Positions 52,057-64,000 of a stretch of DNA of 64,000 bases are shown here, one piece after another. The position numbers and the translations under genes were made by a program. The DNA comes from Octopus bimaculoides (taxonomy: Eukaryota). The notes beneath the pieces were generated by a model that was given only the letters and a program-made list of their open reading frames with translations, was not told where the DNA came from and did no database searches. Location of the stretch: NCBI RefSeq assembly GCF_001194135.2, contig NC_068987.1, forward strand, positions 81,221,635 through 81,285,634. Reading direction: 5' to 3'. Position 1 is the first letter of the stretch. Each line of letters opens with the position of its first letter.

Positions 52057-54049
52057 TCTCAGTGAAACTTGAAATAAATTACATAAAGGTGAAAGGATAT
52101 TTTTTTTATTAAAGGTAACTTACTATTAAAAACGTACTTATGCATCTAAATATGTAAAATTTACTTCTTTGATTTGAAATGGATTTGTTGCACTTTGTTG
52201 TAAGCAATGTTTTTGATCTTGTGTAAAAAACAAAGTAGTCCATGATTTTCTGCAGTGACTATTTTGTGTGTGTATATGTGTTTTGATGTATGTGCACATG
52301 TTAAGTGATTATGTGTAGTTACTTTTGTATGTGTTTTAGTGTACTTGTGTATTTGTGTAGATTGTGTTTAGCAATGAAGAGCAGCCTGCAAATACATTGT
52401 GAAATCAAGAAACACTTAATCTAAACAAAGTTTTCTCTCCTACGTTAAAAACCTATTCCATGATTTCTACTTATTGCTTTTATATAATTGCTTTTATGTA
52501 TGTGTATGCATATGTATCTGTATATGTTAAGTCCATTTTTATGTGTATTTGTATTTGTGTGGGTTTCACTGTATTTGTTGTGTATAGGTATTGACTATTC
52601 CGAAGAGAGTATATGAAGACAATGAACAGTCAAGCACTGCACATGTACATCCATACAGAATATTTTTATTATAAGAAGGATAAAGTACATATACAAATTT
52701 ATTCTGTTTAAACTCGTTTTCTACTTACTGTGTGACGGAAATTTTTTTCCCTTGACTGCAATTTCATTATTTTGGAAATGTGTTATCCATAAAATCCTGC
52801 AGCACAATGAGATATTACTATTCCAAAAAATGATCCCATTTATATCTAGGCTACTCCTCTTCTAGCACTTTAAAAAATATCAAAAATAGCTGAACCAACT
52901 TAGATAATATTTGAACCAATGCATTGTAAGAATTAGATTTGTTGCCGGAAGTTATCAATTTTGGAATTCCGCTTTTACCAATCTCTGTAGCTTTGAAATG
53001 GCATCCTCTCTTAAGTGCATAATAAAAATATCAAAGAGTAATTCTTTGGAGTGTTCTGTGAGATAATGTTCAGTTATTCAGATAACCAGTGAACTATTAA
53101 CCTTCATTTTCGTTGAAAGTACTAAGACCATATATTTTGCTGGTTAGTGTTTTCAATAAAATCATGTTATACTCATATAGTGCTCAAACACTAAAAATAT
53201 TTTTTATGCCTGAAATATTGACATATTGCTTTGCTGTTTGAAAAAGTTGAAAAGAATTAGGTTGCTACTTAATATTATTTATCTCACTTTAACATACTAG
53301 CTAACTATCAACTAATGCATGTTCAGACCAGGCTGAAAATTTTAGCCAATCTCAAATAATGCAGTGTGATTATTCTTAAATTTTGATTATTTCTGAAAAT
53401 GAAACAAAGAATTTATAATATTCAGTGCCAAAATATTTTTTTATATATACTCTTAAATTTGACTTTATCTGAGATATACACCAAAGAAAGCTTTTAAAAT
53501 TAGAAAAAAAAAATTCCTTGTTATAAGAAGCAAATTGAATATAAAACAGCTAGACTATCACTTTGAATATTTTCATAATGTCAGATATATTTTATCAGAT
53601 CAAATAATCTGTATATAAATGTCTGTTTCTCTTGAAAATAAAATAAAATATGCCTATTATCAATAACTTTTACAGTTCTTCTGCACTGATTGCTTGAATG
53701 CATGTTAGCTATATGTGATAACCATGCATATCATTAATAGTAAATCAGAGATATTATAAAGACGATTGTTAATATAAATATGTATAATAACCTTTAGCTT
53801 GCTGTGAAAATGATGCTATGCATATAAAGTTTTATCTTCACCCAAGTCAAATGACTACACAGCTCTCTGGCTTCAGCTGGAGAATAGTTCTATGTATTTT
53901 TCAGTATGGTCAGTTCTTCTTGTATTCTTTGGATGATCTTATTTACCAGAAATCTTAGATACCTTTCCTGCAGAGGGCCATGAGTTGATGTTTTGTAATC
54001 AGCTTTGTAAGTTCTTTTCTAGCAATATTTTCATCAGTTTATTTTTAAA

Positions 54050-54600
54050 TGATGTTTATGCTATGCTTGTAAACACAACACTTTATATCATTGCTATATG
54101 GAGTTTTGGGTCATTGAACTTACAACCACCTTAAATAGTCTTAATCAACATCTAACATACTCACAACAATTCAAAAATATTTGTATGACAATGACATCAC
54201 ATCTACCAGAAATATACTGGTTCAATTCTTTTTGGTATTTGAGAACTATTTGTATACTTATCTTTATTAACAGAATCTATGATTCTGCCTTTTATTTGCT
54301 ATCAATATTTGAGCTGTTGTATTTTTTCCTTGAGTATATATACCCTATTCACTATTGTATTGTTACCTATTTATATAAAACTAACTTTTTATGGATCATC
54401 ATTTCTTCTGTATCCATACCAAATTAGACCATTGTTTCATAAGATATTGTTAATAGTGATTGTATTTGTCTACCCATTGGAGCAAATAGACGAACAAGGT
54501 TTCCTAACTTTCATGGATTATATGTCTAAAGTATGTGACTTAAATACACATTAATAGAACCATTACTTGGTTAATATGCTTTTTAAACTAATTTTATCAT
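54050..54600 (-). mobile_element. Possible very old LINE RT remnant
   Basis: Weak minus-strand motifs only (FLVDVMSLS, GCKFNDPK); the plus-strand ORFs 54098..54427 and 54279..54554 would be its antisense frames. Confidence 0.3.
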
Positions 54601-55369
54601 TTGTGAGAATTCTTGAGTAATTGCATTTAAATCTTGATTATATGGAGGATAAATTTACATATTTTTGTTAAACCATATAGACAAGTCTTTATTGTGAAAT
54701 TTACAGACATTGTCAGACACTAATATATCAGGAACCCTAATTCTGGAAAAAAACAAAAACCCAATTAATAACTGCTTAGCCATTTCTGCTGCTTTACTCC
54801 TGAATCTCATTACTTCTGTGTAACCAGATTAGGCATAAAAAATATTAAGAATAGTCCTAAATTTTAAAGTCTGTATGGTCCACATGTATGCATATCTATG
54901 CTTTAATTGCTTTAGGCTACATGCACTGTGTGAAATAATTCTAATTTTATTCTAGTACATATTACATTAGAATGTTGTGTATCTAATACTAGATAAATTA
55001 TGTATCACTCCATATCTTCAGGGTAACTTGGTTAGCAAGCTTCTTATTTCTCATTAATGTTCACAAAAAGGTTTGTGGAAGAACTGATTCTTCTTTAGAC
55101 ATGGTACTTTAATTATTCACAATAAGCTTACTTTATTAAAATGACTGTAAATAGTCAAGAATGTAGAATGATATACTTTACGTAATTACCCAAGAGCCAT
55201 ACAGTCACACAGAAGTTATTTTATTGTGTAGTGCTAAGAATTATTTGAAGAGTTACTGTATCATTTATGCTTGTAACCCATAAAATTAACAAAAAGGTAA
55301 CTACTTTCACTATATTTGTGGTGCAAATTTTCCTAATGAAAGATTTGGAAAATTTTAGCATTTGATACT

Positions 55370-57150
55370 CTCTATACTAACAGCTAGAAACACCTGAATA
55401 TATGCTCATAAAAGAAGCCTTTAAAAATAGTATTTGATAATTTTTTGAAGTACATATACATGGCTTTTTGGGATGGCTATACTGTTTGGCTGCATCAATT
55501 ACTGCTTACTTTGTATTGAAGTTGATATTTTTTGGTCATAAGATTCCAAAGGAACATTGGTAAACTTGTGTCATTGATTCATTAATGATTCCTAAATAAT
55601 TGAAGATAATGAGAATATCAAGTTTTGCAAAAGTTTGATGTCAGGTCAGTCTATAGTTTCAAAATAGTATCAGTATCTATCATAAGCTCTATAAATAATA
55701 CTTTAGTGGATCATCTTTAAGTTATTCTGTTGTGTCTGGGGAGAGTCATTTTCTTCTTATTATTTCTTTAAGTTAGAATTGATTTAAATTCATATAAATA
55801 CAATCTTATAATGCTGGTTATCTGTGAGCTTGTAAAATTTAGACCTATTCAACTTGGGTAATGTATGTCAAATATTAGGTGTAATGGAATAAGAAAATTT
55901 TGTACTACTCTGGTTATTAATCTTATAATATTTATGTCTGCAGAGAATAATTTTAATACTATTGGAGTCAGGACTTGATGATTGCACTTGGGATTAAACT
56001 AAATTATACTTCTAGTTTTATTTTTATTTCTAAGGTACTAAACTGGCAGAATCGATAGTACACTGTGAAAAATGCTTGGCAGCATTTCTCCTGTCTTTAT
56101 TTTCTGAGTTCAAATTACACTGAATTTGACTTTTCCTTTCGTCCTTTCAGGGGTTGATAAAATAAGAACCAGTTGAGCAGTGGGATCGATGTAATTGACT
56201 TACCCACTCCCCAAAAACTTGCTGGCCTTGTGCCAAAATTTGAAACCAATATATTTAATTTTATCAGTGAAAATATGTTTCACACCACCATTATAATATT
56301 GAGTGACATCAATGAAAATAGCCTTTATGAAAGAGAGATGGATGCATTCTTAAGCACAACTATCTCAAATATTTTTGGTTGGTCAAAAAATGTATTAATA
56401 CTGTGAAGTGACTCATTAATTTAAACTTCTTGAAAAAGTTATGAAGTTCTTTTCACAACCTTTCAATTTTTTATTGTTAACATTTCTAAGAATTATAGAC
56501 CATCATTCTTGTTTAGACTTCCAAGAATATAGGGAAACGTAGTGTATTGACAGCTTTGGATATATGATATCACTAATCTGCTAAATCTCTTGCTCCCAGA
56601 CTAACATTAAAACGAACATTAGAAAGTTTTTTCTAGATGCTGTTATTATGATACAGAATCGATTTTCTCTTATGTGAAATAGTATTAATTTCTGACATAG
56701 TATTTGTGAAAAATTCTTAGCAAAATTGATAGCATCCATTAAAAATAGTTTGGTAATTGAGAGATAATAATCACAAATGTCAGTCTGTATGAAGCAACAG
56801 TTTTCTTTATGAGGTATGGTCTTAAGCAAATTGCTTACAAAATTAGTATTTTTGTAAATGGATAAAGGAATCTTATCCAAGTTTTGGTGTTATTTTATTT
56901 AGAATATATTAGTCGATAAAGGAATATTTGTTTTAGTTGGATTAATGAGTCTAGTTGAAGGGTTGTTTGCTAAATTTTGATTGAAATCTTTAAATGGTAT
57001 ATACCAGTTTTGTGAAATCAGGGATTTATTGCTATAGGTGACACTGAATTCATTAACAGTTTGTATGTGCTTTTCCATTTATATCACAATAATGGTTAAA
57101 AAAGTTATCTTTTTAGAATTGTCAGTAATAGAATTAGATAAGAATTTATT
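55370..57150 (-). mobile_element. Penelope-like element remnant (RT plus GIY-YIG region), split by a SINE
   Basis: Minus-strand NPSTRLINPTKTNI, KNTNFVSNLLKTIPHKENCCFIQTDICDYYLSIT...AINFAK (ORF 56581..56880; cf. WKNT..V..WF..I..K..C.F..FDI.DFYPSI), then TRSII*FNP and KFSYSITPN (cf. RNIIWFNPP, KISYSCMPN). Confidence 0.75.
56031..56252 (+). mobile_element. Family A SINE nested in the Penelope-like element
   Basis: aactggcagaatcgatagtac...tttctgagttcaaatt...cctttcaggggttgataaaataagaaccagt...ggccttgtgccaaaatttgaaaccaata. Confidence 0.9.
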
Positions 57151-57249
57151 GTACTTAAACATATCAATTTCAGAGAGGTTTTTCTTCTATTCTAGAGCTA
57201 CAAAAATATTTATACTTTTATAAAATCTTCTCAGTTTACATTTTAAGTC

Positions 57250-59200
57250 CTTCTGGAATTGGTTGAAATGGTATCTATATTTGATTAATTTTACTATCCT
57301 AAATAGACCTTTCATGAATGGTTGTAGCCATAAATTCTGAAGAGGAATTTAAAAAAATTTAAACCTGAAATTAGGATTACAATTTGTATCAATAGCATCT
57401 TTCTCAAAATAATATGATCCACCATCTTGACCTGTTAATAAAATGTTTAGTAGAGGAAATATTTCAATGAGAATTTTATGAAAGTTGATGCAAAAATGTT
57501 TCATTATCATATTAGGGTGAAATTTGGTATTTCAACAGAGTTGCTGAAAATGATGATAATGAAATTAATTGTATGTCAATCCAAATAAGCAATAATATTT
57601 ATAAAGTATTCCACACTATAGGTAGAATGAAGTCAAGTTAATAATGACGTCAAACATATTCAGGAATTCTATTTTACTAGTCTCATTATCGGAACCATTC
57701 TGAAATATAGTGGAATTTTTTTTATAAATTCATATGGAAGATACCATTATTTTAAAAGATCCATTGGGGTAATTATTATCATAACTACTTTTGCTTTAAC
57801 ATTTCTATGATGATATTTCACTTTTAAATGCCAAAGGGAAAAATATTGATTCAGTATTTGGAGCTTGGTAAGAATCTAAACAAATTTTTCCTCTTTCACC
57901 TACGTTAGTCTCCACATATATTGAAATATCCATCTACTTTTCACACAACCACTAAGAGAGATTCATTTACTCACTCAATGAGGAACTTTTTCTAAAAGAC
58001 CTTCATTAATTAGTTTTGTCAGCTTTGTTATGTCTAATGGCTTAATCAGTATTGGTAATGGTCTTGCTGCCTCAAAATAACATAACATGATATTTCTTTT
58101 GAGTGGAATGTTAGTTCTAAAACCTTCCATCTCATGAATTTAAAGTTGAACACACACACCAAACACACTATGACTTGTTTTACATTTAGCAGCAATAACA
58201 TTTACAACATCTATTATTTTATCAGTTTCCATTAGTGCATCAAACTTATCCAGACTTTCAATGAGTGATCCATCAAATTGTTTCATCTTGAGATCACATT
58301 TTCTCAAATTCAGTTTATTCAAATCCATTAAAAAAATTCTAATATATTACTGTTACCTGACCGTTGAGTTTTGCATTCATCATTGTAGTATTTATTAAAC
58401 TAATTTCATAAGAACTTGTAACATGTTCATTTTGAATAACTTCAAGCTCTTTAACATTTTTTCTACATTTTCTCACTGCTGAGAGTGGTTCGTTTTTCCC
58501 ATTTCCAGTATATGGTTTAGCAGATGCAGGATGTTTTGATGATGCATTCTTATATCCACAAAAGGGACGCTTAGAATTAGATTTGTGCTTATTTCTATCA
58601 ACATATGACACAGAAGCATCATCAAGGTCATTCATATTTTTTCTTTTGTTATCATCATCTGAAATTTAGAAATCATTTGAAGCTGTTGAAATCTCAATGC
58701 TTTTATGCAATGTTTAAATGGTTTCATGACATCTATGTGTTTCATTTCAATAGTAATTTCTTCTGCACTTTGCTCTTGAGTTTTAATTGTTTCAAACTCA
58801 TAAAAAAATGAACACATTTAATCTCTGAGAATAACTTTGAATCAGATTTGAATTAATTGAGCTAGATTTTGATATTGTGATAAGAATCTGACCTTTTCAG
58901 CAATTATTATCGTCTTGTAGGGATGAACTGATGGTACTGCAAACTTTATATTTCTAAAATTTCTTTCTTCAGTTGCCATTGCAGAAACTTTTTATATGAC
59001 CATCATGCATGCTTTGATTACAAGTTCATTATTATTGACTTGTGATGCCATTGTCATGTCATATGGGTAATGTTGTAGTTGAACACAATCCTTTGCATTC
59101 AGACACTTTATTTAAATGAATAGCTCAAATTATGATATTGAACTGGTAGCCACCCCATTCTTAAAAATTCTAAATCAGCAAGTAAAATGCATACAACACA
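57250..59200 (-). mobile_element. Ty3/Gypsy LTR retrotransposon internal remnant (gag, zinc knuckle, protease, RT)
   Basis: ORFs 58632..58817 (FYEFETIKTQEQSAEEITIEMK, gag), 58339..58635 (decayed CCHC: PFCGYKN...HPASAKPYTGNGKN) and 58140..58328 (LKQFDGS-like protease region). Then ARPLPILIKPL...KLINEGLLEKVP and DSYQAPN, typical of the Gypsy RT N-terminus. No LTRs recognised. Confidence 0.7.
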
Positions 59201-60349
59201 ACAATAATACCAGCATGACAATGACATGAAAGTTGCAGAGAGCTAAATACCTTGTTAATTTAGTGGACCTGTATTCAGGCTGGCAGCAACTTTAGTCATC
59301 ATAATTTTGTTTCGTGTTTGTGTGTGTATGTGCGTGTTAATTAAAATATATTAATGATAGCAATTTTTATTATAAATTAATATCCAGTGGAAACTGAAAT
59401 CTGAACAAATACATTTTGAAGGAAACATGCAACAAAGAAATGAATCAAACCTCTTCCACTGACAAGAGAGATGACATAGCAACATTAAGTATATGTGATG
59501 GATTTTTTGATAAAGATATTTTATTTTACTATTTGTTGATTTAAGAACGTTGTTTGAGTATGAAACTCAGATGTTGATATATGTTGTCAAGAAGAAGAAA
59601 AGGAAACACTTATTTACTTGACTATGATATAATTTGGGGTGTTCAAAAGTATGTAAGCACTATCACTATTACTATAAACACCAAATAGATTCATAGTTTA
59701 AAATAGCACCAGCTAATGCAAAAGAATGTCTATAAGAATAAATTGGATGTTAAAAACGATGATTATAATGATGATAGTGCTGTTGGACACAAAATGATGA
59801 TGTTGTGTGGATTTGATTCTTTTTTTCTCAAGGCAGAAAAATGCACCACTCACATTAGCTTCCAATTCTCTGATTGAACAATCAATGTCATTCCAGTCAT
59901 GACCAACAGGTTTTAGCATATAGTATATCAAAGATTAAATATACTTAATTTTCAAAAAACAATGTGTAATTTAAGGGAGATCTTGCTTCTATTTTTAGTG
60001 GGTCAGGTAACCACATGGAGTCTACTATGTTGTAAAAGATTGAATTACTTAGATCTTAAGTATATTTTAACTCTTCCTTATTCCTTTTTCCATGCTGAGT
60101 ATAATGAGTTTTCTAGAATCATCAGGTGTTATGAGGCATTCTATGCTTGTGATTGTTTGCAAATTTTTACTGGTTCTAATTGGTGTGTTACTATTCATGG
60201 AACTTGAGTGATTTGGTTTTATTATATAGCTTATAATGATTGTTATGTGTGTACATATACAGATATTATGTAAAAAGTTTTGGATGGTTTATAATCTGTT
60301 GTAGCTTATAAATGAAATATTTGGAACTCAGGTAGATGTGATATTGTTC

Positions 60350-60900
60350 ATGATGGATGTGTTTTACTCTGCGTAATTCTCTCTCCGACTCTTGCTCTCT
60401 CTCACTCTCTTCTACTCTTAATCACTCTCTCTGTCTCTTGCTCTTTCCCATTGACATAACCATGTATTTTCTCTACAGCAAGACACCTGTGTGTGTTCCT
60501 CTTTCATACTCTAACCTCTCATCACTTGGCACAAAGTCACCTCCTCCAATACCCTCACCCTTCTCAAAAGTTCTTTGCCTTGTAAGTTATTTGGTGACCT
60601 TGCCAGTGCTGGTGCCATGAAAAAGGCATCCAGTCCACACTGTAAACTGGTTGGCACGTGGAAAGACATATAACTGTAAAAACCAGGCCAAAGCACATCT
60701 TCCTGGTGATGGTGCCACGCAAAAAGCACCCAATCCACTCTGTAAAGTGGTTGGCAATTGGAAGTGCTTCCAGCCATAAAACCATGTCAAAACAGACAGT
60801 GGAGTTTGGTACAGTTCATGTCAAACCATCCACCTTATGCCAGCATGGAAGATGGACGTTAAATGATGATGATGATGATGATGATGATGATAATAATGAT
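60350..60900 (+). mobile_element. RTE-type LINE 3' region (CT-rich part and tail)
   Basis: ctacagcaagacacctg...cacctcctccaat...ttggtgacc matches 21400-21530; ends catggaagatggacgttaaat(gat)n. Confidence 0.75.
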
Positions 60901-60928
60901 GTCTGGTTGTGACATTATGTATGATGTA

Positions 60929-61700
60929 CAAGGTGGTATCAAAAAGTTTCTGGACTAGTTCTTTAGCATGCCAACAGATGGCAGCACACTGTTGTACACA
61001 CAGTGAGAGCTAGCAGTGACTTTCATGAGGCATTGTGCCGAGTGACATTGCTATGTTATCACTTTGCAAGTTGTGAAATTTGTGTTTTTGTGATCATGTG
61101 TATGCTGTAGTCTGTGATTGTGTCTTGGACAGGAAGCTGGAGCAAAGAGCCGATGTGAAATTTTGCGTTAGACTTGAGAAGTCTGTTACAGAGACATTGA
61201 GCATGCTTCAGCAAGCTTACAACAACAAGGCAATGAGTCATATGCAATGTTTCGAGTGGCATGGGTGCTCAAATGTGGAAGAACATCCCTGGAAGACGAT
61301 GTGCAATCTGGAGGACCTGCTATGCGTGTCACCCGCCAGAAATGTGGAGAAAATTCATCATTTTGTGCATGAGGATCGTTGGAAGACAGTCAGCAACATT
61401 GCTGATGTTGTTGGTCTGTCATATGGATCACTGCAAGCAATCCTAACATCAGAATTGAACATGCGGCATGTCTCTGCCAAGTTTGCCCCCCACCTGCTGA
61501 CCACAGAAAGGACATCACCTCAAAGCTTATCAAAATCTCCGTCAATGTGTCACTGATGACCCATCCTTCATATTGAGGATCATCACTAGTGATGAGAGCT
61601 GGGCCTGTAGCTCTTTCAAAGGAGATGATTTTAAAACTTAATTAAATAAGTTATTTTTTATTAAACATAACTAGTTCGGGAACTTTTTGGTATCACTTCG
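60929..61700 (+). mobile_element. Internally deleted mariner transposon (772 bp)
   Basis: TA TSDs at 60927-28 and 61701-02; imperfect TIRs caaggtggtatcaaaaagtttctggactag / ctagttcgggaactttttggtatcacttcg. ORF 61080..61556 carries LEQRADVKFCVRL...EDRWKTVSNIADVVGLSYGS...VSAKFAPHLLT; ITSDESW is fused directly to the C-terminal FKGDDF. Confidence 0.92.
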
Positions 61701-61779
61701 TATGATATAAGATAGTGTTCGTATTCATAATGGAAAATTTGTTTAGAATGGCAACCCCAAAGTTCTTGTATATGTAGGC

Positions 61780-62400
61780 ATGTCCCTGTGGCACTCAGCA
61801 ATATCTCATGAAATGTGAGTGAGAATATAATGTGAGGATTAATTAATGCTTTTTTAATCAGGAGGAAAGGACAAGACCAATAAGAGGGAGGAAGGTATTC
61901 TCAAATGGGAAATGTGGCTGTAATGCATACAACTCAGTGGATTCCACTGAAGGCATCCATCATGCTGAGTGGTGGTTTGAAATTGGGCCATGAATTACGA
62001 ATACAATGTCTTGAACATCAAGTTGAGATATAGGGAGATGCTGCTCTGTAAACCATGGATCAAAGAGTTATTATTGTTTGATAATATACCATCCTGGCAT
62101 GTCATCAAAAAATAAGCCAATCGTCACTTTTATGTGTCATCTTCTGTATGATTACGTTGTAGGAAATAGAATCAGAAATATTTCTAATGTCACTTTGTCA
62201 TGTTGAAATTATCTGAGATTTATTGACCTAGACTTGGAAGATAAGGTAATGGTTGACTGGAAAATCTTGAAGTCTTGTGGAAAAAATGTAAACAAGAAGT
62301 GTGATGGTTTGATTTGTTAAGAATATGTCGGTCATTTAAGAAAGGCAAAAGTTGAGATTTCATGTATGCCCATAGGGTAGCTACATCTCTCTTTAATTAG
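61780..62400 (-). mobile_element. Possible CR1/L2 endonuclease remnant
   Basis: Weak minus-strand similarity (MVYRAAS vs LYRSPS; DAFSGIH vs GDFNVHH). Confidence 0.3.
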
Positions 62401-62736
62401 AGCTTTAGTATGGTTGTGATCTTGTTTTACTCCAATAGTTTTGCTTTTGACTATCTTGATTCGAGTGCTTCATTTGTACTGCTATTTCTTTTGATGTTAG
62501 ATGCCTTAGGACCTCTTATAAGCTTTTTGTTCTATTTGGCAGAGATAGGCTTGCAACATTTGATGAGTGATTTGAGAATTCTGCATAGGTATAACATGAA
62601 TAATTGGTTTATTTTTGAAAAAACAATTTAATTATAATGAAGAGTTAAGATTGACCTTTTGGGATAGGTTTCATATATATATGAGTGTGTGTGTGTGAGT
62701 GTGTGCATGTGTGTATATACTTATCTATCTATCTAT

Positions 62737-62981
62737 CATCATCATCATCACCACAATCAGTTAGCTTCCATGTTCCATGCAGGCATGGGTTGGATGGTTT
62801 GACAAGATCTGATGGGTCGGCATGTTAAAGGACCCACTACACTCTCGGAGTGGTTGGCATTAGGAAGGGCATCAAGCTGTAGAAACTCTGCCAGATGAGA
62901 TTGGAGCCTGGTGCAGCCATCCAGTTCACCAGTCCTCAGTCAAATCGTCCAACCCATTCTAGCATGGAAAGCAGACATTAA

Positions 62982-63022
<41 letters not shown>
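62737..63022. mobile_element. Two RTE-type tails in inverted orientation
   Basis: Minus copy (atc)n...ccatgcaggcatgggttggatggtttgac (62737-62802) and plus copy cactacactctcggagtggttggc...catggaaagcagacattaaat(gat)n (62834-63022). Confidence 0.85.
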
Positions 63023-63023
<1 letters not shown>

Positions 63024-64000
63024 GTCCAAAATGATACAAAAAACAAAAGACAGTCAGGAGAGGACATTATAAGTATTAGTTTGACACTCAGGAAAAATGG
63101 AAAAAGGCTTCGACATTTCAAGCTTGTACTTTCCTGCAGAAAGAAATGAAGAGAGAAAACAGATGGAGGGAGAAAAAAATCAAAAGGAAAAAACATGTCT
63201 GGATTAATGTAAAGCAACCCTTATGTTAGTGAAGAAAACTTATCCAAACTAGGATCAACACCAGTTAGATAGACTTAGTTCAACAGAGGAATTACGATGG
63301 TGATATTTTCTTATGACACCGTAAGTTTTCAGGTTTATAAAGGAGAAACAATATTATTAGCGATAATCTACAATTTTCAACAACTGATTGCAATGCAGAC
63401 TCATCTTGCAAGGATTTTCTTCTCATTAGCAGTAGTAATTTTAACTCATGTAGGTTTATGTGTGCATGCAGTGCTCTACACTTTATATTCAAAATTAGAA
63501 GGTATTTGTTAACGGAAATTTAGATACTATTTCAGTAGATTATCTGCATTGATGCTAACTGTATCTACCAAAGTATTAAACCAGTTTAGGTTATGAAATA
63601 TATATCTAAGGATCATAAAGAAGATTTGGGTGAATTCATTATGAAATGTAGCAGAGGTAACAAGGGCTGTCTTAGCAATTAGTTTTCAACACTCTTGAGG
63701 CTACTGCACAGTTTAGAAACTGTGTTTTCTTGAAAACTGTCAAAGGACACACAAAGTTTCTCAAACCTGGTAGGAGATGTGGTTTTACGCAAGATTTAGG
63801 TTAGAAGTAGGAACTCAATATGATGTCGGTAATGCAGCATATTGGCTTTACATACATATTGTAAGATTTATAGCGTACTAGAAGGAAATCAGAACTTAAA
63901 ATGTACCAGATGTTAAAGAGTAGCTCACAGCAGTTGTCTATAAGATACAGATTGCAAATCACTCATATTTCTACTAAGTGACATTTTTCTAGCCAAACAT

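Overview
AT-rich (roughly 30% GC by eye), microsatellite-dense metazoan nuclear DNA from a draft assembly with five N gaps. The SINE families match, from memory, those of Octopus (coleoid cephalopod); this species call is inference. No intact protein-coding gene, tRNA, rRNA or CRISPR array is supported, so the window looks intergenic or intronic. It is dominated by decayed mobile elements: two Tc1 (DD34E-type) transposons, a maT/DD37D-type transposon, an internally deleted mariner, two Penelope-like remnants, a Gypsy gag-pro-RT remnant, a solo LTR, a Dong/R4-type RLE retrotransposon 3' end, RTE and CR1/L2 LINE fragments, two Helitron/Helentron-like non-autonomous elements, a TTAA MITE and many tRNA-derived SINEs. 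Nearly all ORF-track entries are microsatellite translations, antisense frames of TEs or chance ORFs. I did not find a convincing new biological system. The best second-look items are an A-B-A templated insertion with junction microhomologies (47.6-50.7 kb), a solo LTR nested in a SINE with a 5-bp TSD, a head-to-head SINE inverted repeat (possible ADAR substrate), a LINE-SINE pair sharing a 3' tail, and several splice-site-bounded candidate exons that I could not assign to a gene. Coordinates of degenerate repeats are approximate.
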